From contig OZ210885.1 in the NCBI GenBank assembly GCA_964658305.1, forward strand, positions 25,172,001-25,236,000: a DNA stretch of 64,000 nt, written 5' to 3'. This DNA is from Leptogorgia sarmentosa. Taxonomy: Eukaryota. The position numbers and the translations under genes are program-made. This document shows, in pieces, positions 37,734 to 48,539 of the stretch (position 1 is its first letter; every line of letters starts with the position of its first letter). Under the pieces are notes generated by a model, which ran no database searches, was not told the DNA's origin, and saw nothing but the letters and a program-made list of their open reading frames with translations.

Positions 37734-38283
37734 ATTACCCTTTCAACATCCGGGAATTTTTGTTTCGAATGTTATGTTTTGTGTTTTAGTAATATTATTT
37801 GTGTTTCGATGAAATGTGTTTTGTTTTGTTTTGTGTCTGAGACATCTATATTGTTTGTAATTTGACTTTAATAATTGTGTTAAAAGTATATTTATTTGTG
37901 TTTCGGACTACTTATGCTTTTTGTTTGGAATGTTATTGCATGTGTTTGCACTTGTGGGCCACCGTAAAAAAGTAATTGAATTCTACTTTATTTTTTAAAT
38001 TTCCTTATGGCAATGCTTGGCCACCATAATATTGTCCTATTGAGCATATGTGCCAAGCAAATTTTCAAACCAATCAACACTTACTGTAGCCTGTGCACAT
38101 CCTGTATTAACCCTGTACTACAGTCTGTGAAAACTCACGCGATTGCTTGTCGAGCTACTCAGATATGAGTAGTAGATTGTGATTGGCCAAAGATAATTAA
38201 GTTATTTTGATTGCCTATGATTGGTTAATTTCTCATGACAGTAAAACCTGTTTATAATATAATCAGATTTATTAGCATCCAAT

Positions 38284-40200
38284 ATGGCGGCGGACAACAG
38301 CTTTAAGATAGCGTTCGAAAAAGCATCTGAAGAAGTGTGTAATGTGTTTGGAATAAGTGCATTTTACGACAAACAGAAAGAAGCTTTAGAAAGCTTTTTT
38401 TCTGGATGTGATGTTTTTGTCAACCTACCTACATCATATGGGAAATCGCTCATATTCCAAGCTGTTCCGATTATGGCACATATTATTTACAAGGATAGGG
38501 AAAGCAGTTCAACTATCGTTGTTTCACCTTTGAAATCCCTCATGGAAGACCACGTACGCTACTTAAAGAAGCTGAATATTTCAGCAATATGCGTTACGGA
38601 TGCGCACGAGGATTGCCTTGTCCAAAAAATTATTAATGGAGAGTTTACACATATATATGGTTAACCTGAGTGTTTCCTATCTTCAACATGGAGAGGTATT
38701 TTGTCAACAAAGAAGTTTAGAGATTCCCTGGTTTGTGTTGCTGTGGACGAAGCACACTGTATTAGCCAATGGTAGGCAAATTTTAATTTATTTTAACAAT
38801 TTATTCGATAAATCATATATAACAAGTATACAGTGTCTACATTATACTAATATTATGTTTTTGTGTTAGGGGATTGCCTGGTGTTGGAAACAAGAAAGTT
38901 CCATTTAGGAAGTGGTATGGTAACCTCAGTGAAATGAGATCTCTCATTTCTGATCATGTGAATCAAATTGTTGTGACAGCAACAGCTATCTTTGACATAT
39001 TAAAGTTGAACAAACAGTGTGCTATTGTTACGGAAAGCCCAGACAGGTCCAATCTTTTCTACTGCTTTCAGCATTTCGACAAAAGTTTACCTTTGGATCT
39101 GCTCTTTGATGATATTATTAAAGAAATTCAAATCAATGATGTCACTGCCAAAAGGATTATCATTTATTGTCAGACAAGGAAACAATGTGGGCTTCTGTAC
39201 AAAATGTTTGAAGTTGCTCTTGGCAGCAAATTTTACAAAGGATCATCCAATAAGCCTACTAGATGCCTTGTTGAAATGTATCATGCTGGTACCCCAAGTT
39301 CTGTTAAAACCTGATGGACACATTAGAGTTTTAATCGCTACAATAGCTTTTGGCATGGGAGTCAATTGCAAGAATGTACAGTCTATCATACACTTTGGTC
39401 CATCTAAAAATATCGAGTGTTACGTTCAGGAGAGTGGCCGTGCTGGCAGAAATGGTAGCCAGAGTACTTGTATTGTGCTTTACCACGGAATGTTGCTATC
39501 CCATTGTTGCCAAGAAATGAAGGAGTTGGTTTTAGATGAAGATGAATGCAGGAGGAAAGTTTTGATGAAAGCATTTGGATACGACTGCCAGGAATTACAA
39601 CCAAAACATAATTGTTGTGACAACTGTGTGAAAGTCTGCCAGTGTTTGGAGTGTCCTTCTCATGTAGGACTTCAAGTACCAGCTGAAGATTCATGTTCAA
39701 GACATACTGGTAAGATGAGGTCAGTTATGGATGCTGACAGAGTGGCATTAAAGGATCAATTAAAACAATACCATGATGTAATTCTTCAGGAACACGCAAG
39801 AGTTATGTCAAATACTGTGTCCATCCCATCTGCTATAATTGAGTTTGGCAGCTTACAAATGAAGCAAACCCTTGAGAACTGCAGTAAAATTTTTTTTCTT
39901 GGTGATGTGACAAGGTATGTCGATGTGTGGCGAAAATACCAAGCTATTGGTATTTTAAAGGTCATAAAAAATGTCTTTGGTGATATTGGTGATGTTGATG
40001 AAGTTAGTCAATTAGAAGAAATTGAAATGGATGAGGATTGTCCTAGTACCTGGAACGAGACAGCGGAAGAATCGTCATTCTTGTCATTTGGTGATTCCCA
40101 AGATTTTGAGGAAGTGGAGTCTGAATGTACACTTGAATCAGAGGCTTCTGCACACAATTCTAGCAGTTTCCTTTTTAATTTAACAAAAAATATCAAGTAA
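38284..40200 (+). pseudogene. RecQ-like SF2 helicase of AcademH
   Basis: [48 protein letters not shown]...CCDNC; stop at ~38662, intron ~38773-38869, frameshift ~39310. Confidence 0.9.
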
Positions 40201-41617
40201 ATAACAAGTTTACATAAACAATATACTGTACACTTTTTCACTTTGAAAAAATGATAGTGAAAAATTATGAATAATGAGTTCTAAAAATCATCTAAAACAA
40301 TTCAAATCCCTAATTGCAAAGTACTCTCGTTACTCTTTTATATGAAACTTGAATTACCTGAAGCAACCTTGGGGTTATAATGAATTGTTTTAAATTGTCA
40401 ATATTAACATAATTTTGTCTAATAGTATTTACACATGTTAGCCACAGTTGTTTCTCATCTTGCTCGTCGTCCTGTTGTTTTTTTGTGATCATTGATCCAC
40501 TTGTACATATTTTGAAGATCGAACCCAGCTAATATACTGGACTTGCTATTTGCATAATAGCTGTATGATCGTCCTGGAACTCTAGATAATGCCTGCTGAT
40601 CTAAGAGCTCTGCAACAACTGCTTTCATGTCTTTCAATGCTGATTTCCTAACATGCTTTCCTGAGGTCTTGTAAGTTTTAATTTCTTTGTCAAAGTTCCC
40701 CATCAAAACTTTTGTCACATCAATGCTATGACAAATTCGGTTGATGGACTTCCTACTTGCATTCGAACCAAGTTTCTTGATGGCTTGCTTAACTGTTTTG
40801 TTGTAGAACTCTAGGTTCAAATCAAGTGGGACGTGTCGCATGACCAGGTCTCAACTTTGAGAATCTGTTCCAAATCAATTGATGTACTGATCTTGGTGAT
40901 AAAATTGCATTAATTTGGAACATCATGTACAAGACTTCAACTGAGTACTTTGTACTTGCTCTGTCGTGTTTCAGGTAAAGAAGTAAAAACTTCCAACACC
41001 TCACAACTCTACCACCATCACCTTCTGAAATTCCATCTTGAATGTTCATTATCAGCATGCCAATTTCCATTAATGACCTTTGATAATTGTACATGTCATC
41101 TGCCTCCAATGGGTCATCATCAAAAAAACGAATCCACCGTTGGGTTGTCCTCGGGTAAATTTACTGGTGGATTGTGTTTAGATTCATGGGTACGCTGACA
41201 CTGTCCACTTGAAGCAAAAGTGCTTTTGCATCCTGGATATCGGCATTTATACCGCCCATCAGGTGTCATGTCACTGCGTTGCTTGGCACTTCTTACATCC
41301 GCTTGTTGGCAGGCTGATATGAAGCTTTCATGCTTTTGACGATTTAATACATATGTGTCATATCTTAACAGCTAGATCTCTGACAAATTCCTTCTGCTGC
41401 TGACTTGCCAGGTCTTGACATCCAACACTTTAAGGGCACTAGGTGTATCATCAAACTCAGTAATACCAAGCTCCATCATACATGCTGCTATAATTCTTGA
41501 CTCAACCTCAAGGGTGAAGAATCTTCTACATGCATTAACATTCGACTCCACATCTGCCCGGACATTACGTCTGTTTATCAAATTCCTCTCACTGTATAAG
41601 GTGCTGTTCTGATTACG

Positions 41618-41887
41618 TGTTGATATTTGGGGAATTAGTTAATTAATAACTGTGATTGACAGTAAGAAAAACGTGCATGCATGAGGTAAAGATGGCGATG
41701 AACGCTGTTAAGGTATAAAGACGAATAATCCGCTAAGAAGTAAGTCAATCTATGTTAAATTGGGGATAATTTAGTACTAGAAGATAAGTTGTATATACAT
41801 TAAAAATTTATAGATCGAATAAAAACGAAAACACTATACGATTGGGGCGGATTGACGAATTGATCGGACCAGGTGCATTTATCTACA
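41618..41887 (+). mobile_element. Probable solo LTR inserted in an Academ transposase exon
   Basis: TGTTGATA...TATCTACA termini, TATAAA and AATAAA inside; splits ...STASA|NQNSTLY. No TSD seen. Confidence 0.55.
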
Positions 41888-43229
41888 GCTGATGCAGTGC
41901 TGTATAAATGAGAAAATGCGACCTGAAATAAAACAAAAATGTACTATATTTTACAAATTAGTACCATTAGTGTATACTGAGGTAGTACTGATGTGAAGCA
42001 ACTATTCTAATTGTTAAAGATTATTATGTTGTTCAGACTATAGGCTCAGTTACTAGCATATTCTTATGCAACCAAGAAATGTCTAAAAATTAAAATATAA
42101 AGAGAAAATATAATAAAGTTTGACAATGTCGAACAATTTATCTATATATATTTATAGAGATAAATTACTTACAGTTTCAGTTGGAGATCTAACTTCAGCA
42201 CTGAACTGGTGAGGAATATGTTGGACAACCACATCTTTAAAAAAACTCAAACAAGGAACGTTGTTTACAATAATTCTTTCTACCAAACTGATATAGTTCT
42301 CCCTTTGAGCGGACTGTTCCAATTGGTTTGGGATACACAACCCATTATACATATCCTTCAAACCATCCTCTGGGGTTAAACTATTAAGATGGTTTCCATT
42401 CACACGGTTTGTTGTGGCAGAGACAGTCAGATAGTGGACATCCTCTGTCTGATGGTCTGTAGTCATGTAATGGACTTCTTTTCTGTAGTCTATGTTGTCA
42501 ATCGTTATCTTTGACCATTTGAAGGTATGCATGGGCGTTGATTACCAGTATTTACTGTAACAGAAACAGTTGGGCATTCATCTGATTCTGAGTCATCGCT
42601 GTTACTCTGCTGGCTCTCACCCTCACTGTCGTCACTGTCACTGTTTTCACCTACTGGGACATTGCTATCTTCACCAACTGGGACTTTGGCATTTGATGTA
42701 AGCCATTTCATATCCTCTTCCCGTATTGCTTTGACAGATGCATCATAATTTTTACCAAACTCATCTAGCTTTGTACAGATGAACATGGGACACAACCAAC
42801 CTCAACACTTTGAATCGGGCCATGGTGTACTGCAAAACAGTTAAAATGTTATGTTAGGCATTGTCACCAAAAGCAATGTTACTGTTATGTGAGACCAATC
42901 AACATTGCCACACATACTAAAATTGACCATTCACAGGTTGTTTGCACACTGTCAAAGATCATTGGCTCCACGTTTCCCCATTAACATTTCCCATTTTTCT
43001 AGAGACTACAACACTAGAAGTAGGGCACGTTCTGTTGGATCAATTGTAGCATACACTACAGGTCAACCATCTTATTATTAACCCTATACATGTAGATGTG
43101 GAATTTGCCCTGCTATAAATGCCATATTATTTATTCATTATTATTATTATTATTAGTCATTGAGGGAAAGCTTATATAATGTACGATACGCACTTGTATA
43201 ATTTTACTTACCGTCCAACTAGAATGATA

Positions 43230-43758
43230 CATATAGGATATTCCACGGTTGCGAGAAGATATGGATTTTATGTTCGAGTGGCAAGAACAATATCTCACGA
43301 GTGAGCGCAGCGAACGAGTGAGATATTGTTCTTGCCACGAGAACATAAAATCCATATCTTCGAGCGAACCGTGTAATGTTCTATTTATTATATGGACTTA
43401 TTCAGAGTGACACAAATACACAACAACTACCATTTTGATGAAAACATGCAGTCTAAAACACGACAAGTAATGGCTTTAAAATTAGCCTTTAGTAAATATA
43501 GATTATAAAATACCGCTTTATTGTAGTTTATTGTAGTATTGTAGCTTTATTGTTCGTCGCAAAACGTACTGATATCGTCTTCGCTTTAATTCACAAACCT
43601 TGAAGTAGAAGCCATTTGTAAACAGCGAAAAAGGCGGGAAGGTTATGTCACCCCTAAGCGTGACATACGGAAAATACGTGCACCGTATCCCGGATGTAGT
43701 GGCGTATGAGTTCTACGAGTGTTTTAGTTCCCAATAAAATACCGCTGTCCATATAATA
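43230..43758. mobile_element. Non-autonomous hairpin element (Crypton-like?) inserted in an Academ transposase exon
   Basis: ~42-bp-arm hairpin at 43259-43358; inverted pair TTTATTATATGGAC / GTCCATATAATAAA; removing it restores LLSIFFYHSSWT. Confidence 0.65.
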
Positions 43759-45124
43759 AAAGAATATACTCAACAAGAGTTGAACTGCATTTAAACGAGA
43801 TGATCTATTTCGTAGAAGAACTGCAGCAGCCATGCCAATTGTTGGCATCCACTCGTTTGGTCTGGAAGCATTTCTGTTGTTTACGCATGCAGTACGCAGT
43901 ATAGCTTTGAGAAATGGTGCTCTACTATCCAATTCTTTATTCAACTTCTGAAATGAGAAGCTTTGAAGCTGTTCTTTTGATGAGGATCGCAAACAACTAG
44001 GCCGTTTTCGAGAGCAGAGTGCATGACATTCTTTATCAATGTCCTTCAGTGCAAGAACCTGTAGTTCTTTACGAAGCTTGGGGTTCTGCCACGACGCTCG
44101 TGCAATCTGTCTGTAAGTTCAGCGAACAAGCATTTTCCCTAAGCTTTCCAGATCCTTATTCAAAGTTCTCTCTCGTGTTTCACTTGGCCATTGCCCCTTT
44201 ACACTAACTGGGATATCGGATATAGACGAACTAGCATTTGTCAGTTGTCGAGGCTGTACTGGAATTTCTGCTTGTTCATATGAATACAGTGGTCATTTTC
44301 TTGGCGTAGAATGGAGAGGTCCATTCCGTACAGGAGTTGTGGATTTAACACTACTAGTCCTCACTGGAGACACAGGGATCGGTGAGTCTGAAAAGTCGGC
44401 ACGAAATAGTTTCGACCCAACAACGTCGACATCACCACAGTCTGACACTGAAATCGACTTGGAAAAGCCTAAATCCTTTATTTGGTCCTCTTGCACACAC
44501 AAACTCGTCAACGTCTTGATTTCCTCGAGAAGTTTAGCCTCTTGATCTTTCAAAACTTGCCTCTTCTTCACTTTTTGCAAACACGTTTTACAAACATGAT
44601 CAGAACAAATGTTGACAGAGAAAGGTAGGTTCGACAACAGTTCTCGCAAATTAAGCTTTCCTTTTCCATCTATCAAGTAACGCTGTGTGGCGATCAATAT
44701 ACTCTGATGGCAAATAGTGCAGCTCATTCGCGACAATTACAAATACATTATTCATAAACATTAAACAATACATTTGCATAAAGCTTAGCTTTGTCACTCT
44801 GCATTTGCTTCTATACCGGTTTTACCAGTTATCAGAGTTAACAATCGTTGGCAATCACAATAATTTAATTATCTTTGGCCAATCACAATCTACTAGTAGC
44901 GCTGCAGGAAGTCGACAAGCAATCGCACAAGTTTTCACAGACTGTAGTACAGGGAAATACAGTCTGTGACACAGGCTACACTTACTGGAGTCGAACGCGC
45001 AAATGTTGCGTTCTCAAATCGAACATCATTTGTGCAGCAGTGTTTCCATTTTTGGAAAATAATTTTCACTCCCTAAATTTCCTTGGATGAATGGAAAATG
45101 AAAATTCATAAAAATTCCCAGAGG

Positions 45125-47137
45125 CAACCTCGTTCCCAGGGCCTTCGTCGGGGGCCGTTGAAGCGACGAAGACCCTGGTAAAATAAACACCGGAAAAACG
45201 TCTGCGCATGCGCGAGATTAAAACAACATGGCGGGAAATTTAAATGCCTAATTGAAAACAAAATAATCGCTGATAATTATTTAAAGGCAAGTGAAACAAA
45301 TCAAAACAAATTGTAGAAAAAACCACGATATGTTAATATAAAGTCTCCAGGTATTTAAAGTGTGAAAGGAAATAGGATTTCAACTAAAAAAGAATAGGTT
45401 TGACAGGGAAGAGTGCGAACATTTCGCAGAAAAAACGAAATATCGACGTTCAACGGGGAAAGTTAAGCAAACCATGGGAAAGTTAAGAATTTAAACCCGC
45501 TCAACGTCTAGGGGAAATATCAAAGTTGAAATACTGAGAACACGAAAATTATTGATGTTGGACGACATATTGTTTTTTATCAAAACGTTGGACAGACTTT
45601 TGACATCACAAGACTGTTCACTTCTTAGAAGTGACTTCTATTCCTGCAATGCAATATATTATAAATGACAAACGGGCTAAAAGACAGGGCCCACTTCTAG
45701 CGTCCAAATGTCCATTTTTTCAGAAAAATACGTTCTCTCTACATTAAAACTTCTCATAGGTAAGATATGCCTGAAAACACGACCTGTATTTTTGCGAAAA
45801 GTCGGTCAGAAAAAAAAAATGCAGCAATGGAAACCCCCAAAATACCATCGACCCAGTGAAGGTCAACTCTGGGTAGCGCGAATCCCAGAAAGTCGAATAC
45901 ATTCATATGCATGTGCCTATCACGTTTACCAAATGTGCTGTGAGAAATTTTGCTGCTGTCCCATTTCACTGGACCACAGCAAATTCTTGTTGAAATGCCC
46001 CAAAATAATTTATGAAGTGTTTGAAGAAGAGGGGAAAACTCTTACAAACCTGGGTAAATCATTTGCAGCAGTGGTGTCGCCAGCTCGATAAGTGAGGGGG
46101 GCATATTCATATATTCGTACTTTGCACAATTAATTTCTTTTGAAATCTGTTGTTTTTACGGTCTGTGAACATGAATACGTCCCCCCACTTATCGACTCTC
46201 GCCACTGATTTGCAGGAAATGTATTAACACTGCTGATGCATGACCACTTTGCAATGCATCCTCACTACACTGCTATATGTCCGAGACTTTGGACAGCTGC
46301 AGCAAAGAATACACATGTCCAAATGCCTGCAATGTCTGGGTGAAAGAAAGCTCTCCAATTGGCCCAATTCTAGTTAACAAATGAAAAGAAATACATTAAA
46401 TGAAGAAACTTGGAAAAAAGTATTGGACAAGACGTTGATGTGAGACAGAAATTCAAATCACTACAATAATACAACCTCTATGACAATTAAAATTGCCAAC
46501 ATAAGGATGTTGTGTGAAATACAGAAGTATGAAGCATAAATTTTAACACTGCAACTGACTAATCTGTAATGTGACAAACCTGAAGTCCTTGTACTCCACA
46601 AGATCCAAGTCAACAACTGACATCTGATGTACTGTGTGCACTACACACCTGTATTTTATACAGGAGATATGACTTCCCAGATTTGATCGCCAAATTTCAG
46701 ATTTCTGCTATTCCACTTCCAAAAAGTCAAGACAACAGCCATAGCATTGATGGTTCATAGGGAGGACATACTGAAATAGCAGAGGGAGTAAAATATGTCC
46801 AATGAGAGTGATGTATGTAAAATATGTAAATACTGTAAATATTGAGAGCAGAATATTGTAGATAATCGTAATTAAATTTTAATCCAGAACGGTTGAGAAT
46901 GCAAACCCACCTTTAACGAAACAAGATAGACCTTTTTTATCTTCCGATGGCACATATTTCCTCTGAGAACAGGCCAAATATACGTTCAGATGGAGTAAAA
47001 ACGCCATTTTCAAATCGAAACGCATGCATTCTATAGCTCAAATTCCGCGCATGCGCAGACGTTTTTCCACGGTGTTTATTTTACCAGGGTCTTCGTCGCT
47101 TCAACCGCCCCCGACGAAGGCCCTGGGAACGAGGTTG
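45125..47137. mobile_element. Non-autonomous TIR element with 9-bp TSD (possibly AcademH-dependent)
   Basis: ~88-bp TIR CAACCTCGTTCCCAGGGCC / GGCCCTGGGAACGAGGTTG; TSD TCCCAGAGG (45116-45124, 47138-47146). Confidence 0.88.
46069..46207. mobile_element. hAT-type MITE
   Basis: CAGTGG...CCACTG termini; 8-bp TSD ATTTGCAG. Confidence 0.8.
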
Positions 47138-47351
47138 TCCCAGAGGAGGCTGGACAGCAGACCGCAAAGCATCATGGGTAATGAGCGCCTAATTACGGTG
47201 AGCGTTAGATCATATCGGACAAACGTACACTACGTCATAAGTTTTGCAATACTGGAAGTAGCTGAATGCCGTTTCAATTTTCATATTATTCTATTATTCA
47301 CATTCCACAAAACAAAAATGGCGAAGATTGAAGGAGTGAGAACTTGGATCA

Positions 47352-48539
47352 CCAAATTGCAGATCAATAATTCAATGTCCGACCCAAAGCCAGTAACTGT
47401 TGGAGTCCCTCAAGGGAGTATTCTTGGACCACTTCTCTTCCTTATTTATATTAATGATTTACCTGAATGCCTAACCTACAGCAAGTCGATACTTTACGCA
47501 GATGACACACTCCTATATTACTCTGCAGACAATATTTCAGAACTTCAGTCAAAACTCAATTCCGACCTACAATCCCTCTCCTGCTATCTAAACAGCAACC
47601 TCCTCACACTTAATCATGAGAAATCAAAGTTCATCATTTTCGCTGGTAGACAACGACTACGATCAATCTCCAACATCAACATCTCAATTTGTAACCGTAC
47701 AATAAAACGCGAACAGTCGTTGAGTTATCTCGGTATAACTATCTCTGAGAACCTTACTTGGCACGAGCAAATAGAAAATATGATCAACAAAATCAACCAG
47801 AGATTAGGAGTACTGCGCCGCGTGAAAGATTTCCTGCCTTTGGATGCAAGACAAACCTTCTATACTGCAACTATATTGCCTCTTTTCGACTACGCGGACA
47901 TCATTTGGGGGGACAAAAACAACTTCGGACTCATGAACTCTCTACAAACTTTGGAAAATAAAGCAGCCAAACTGATACTAGATCTCCCTCCTCTCAGTTC
48001 AGCAACCGAAGCTCTCGCTACACTACACTGGTCAACTCTCTCGTCTCGCAGATACAAGCATCGTTGTATCTTCCTATATAAATGCACCAATGGACAAATC
48101 GATTTCGACTTCAACCTCAGAACCAACAACAGTATCCATTCATACAGCACAAGATCCTGCAAAAACCTTCATCTCCCAAAAACCAACACAAACTGGGGTA
48201 AACAAAAGCCTACCTACCTTGCCTTAAAAGACTTCAACAATTTGGACGAATCTGTTAGAAACATTGACTCCTTATATCACTTTAAGTCTTTACTAAATTC
48301 ACGACCTATATGACTATTCTCCACTCCTTTCTATTCCACTTTTCTTCTATTCCTCTATTACCGTAATTTGTAAATATAATTAGTAATTATTAGGTTTCAT
48401 TAATGTTTTTATGTCGACGTAACGTTGTACTGTTATTATAATGTTAATGTTATTTTGTAATGATTGTATATGGAGGACCCCACTGAAAAACACATTGGTG
48501 ATGTGGGTATCCTCAATAAATATAATTATTATTATTATT
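47352..48539 (+). mobile_element. 5'-truncated L2/CR1-group LINE (C-terminal half of RT, 3' UTR, (ATT)n tail)
   Basis: GVPQGSILGPLLFLIYINDL, LYADDT, YLGI, FDYADIIWG, HSYSTR; stop 48313; 3' stem-loop GAGGA...TCCTC, then AATAAA and (ATT)n. Confidence 0.9.

Larger units (their letters stand above)
33663..37966. mobile_element. IS3EU-type transposon B carrying a HECT E3 ligase gene
   Basis: ~225-bp TIRs TACGGTGGCCCACAAGTG / CACTTGTGGGCCACCGTA; exact 6-bp TSD AAAAAG (33657-33662, 37967-37972). Confidence 0.92.
19552..38028 (-). mobile_element. IS3EU-type DNA transposon A (~2.2 kb of its own sequence) hosting four direct nested insertions
   Basis: ~200-bp TIRs: TATGGTGGCC...CCATAGCCC at 19552-19750 versus 33536-33662 plus 37973-38028 (ends GGCCACCATA). 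Flanks ATAGTTG / ATATTG form an imperfect 6-bp TSD. Confidence 0.85.
40455..44733 (-). pseudogene. Academ-type transposase, multi-exon, decayed and interrupted
   Basis: N-terminal CTIC...CKTC; KITIDNIDY...HYMTTDHQTEDVHY; INRRNV; EGDGGRVVRCWKF...KYSVE; PLDLNLEFYNK. Confidence 0.8.
38087..44978. mobile_element. AcademH DNA transposon
   Basis: TAG...CTA termini, ~130-bp imperfect TIRs, exact 9-bp TSD CACTTACTG (38078-38086, 44979-44987), convergent RecQ helicase and transposase genes. Confidence 0.92.

Noticed and set aside
38284..40200. Host RecQ/WRN/BLM gene
   Set aside because: Lies inside AcademH TIRs and TSD, and is disrupted.
43131..43355. 74-aa ORF MDFMFSWQEQYL...
   Set aside because: Translation of a hairpin repeat running into a (TTA)n microsatellite.
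47024..47351. N-terminal ~110 aa of the 429-aa RT ORF
   Set aside because: Read-through of a TIR and flanking DNA into a 5'-truncated LINE; not a real fusion gene.
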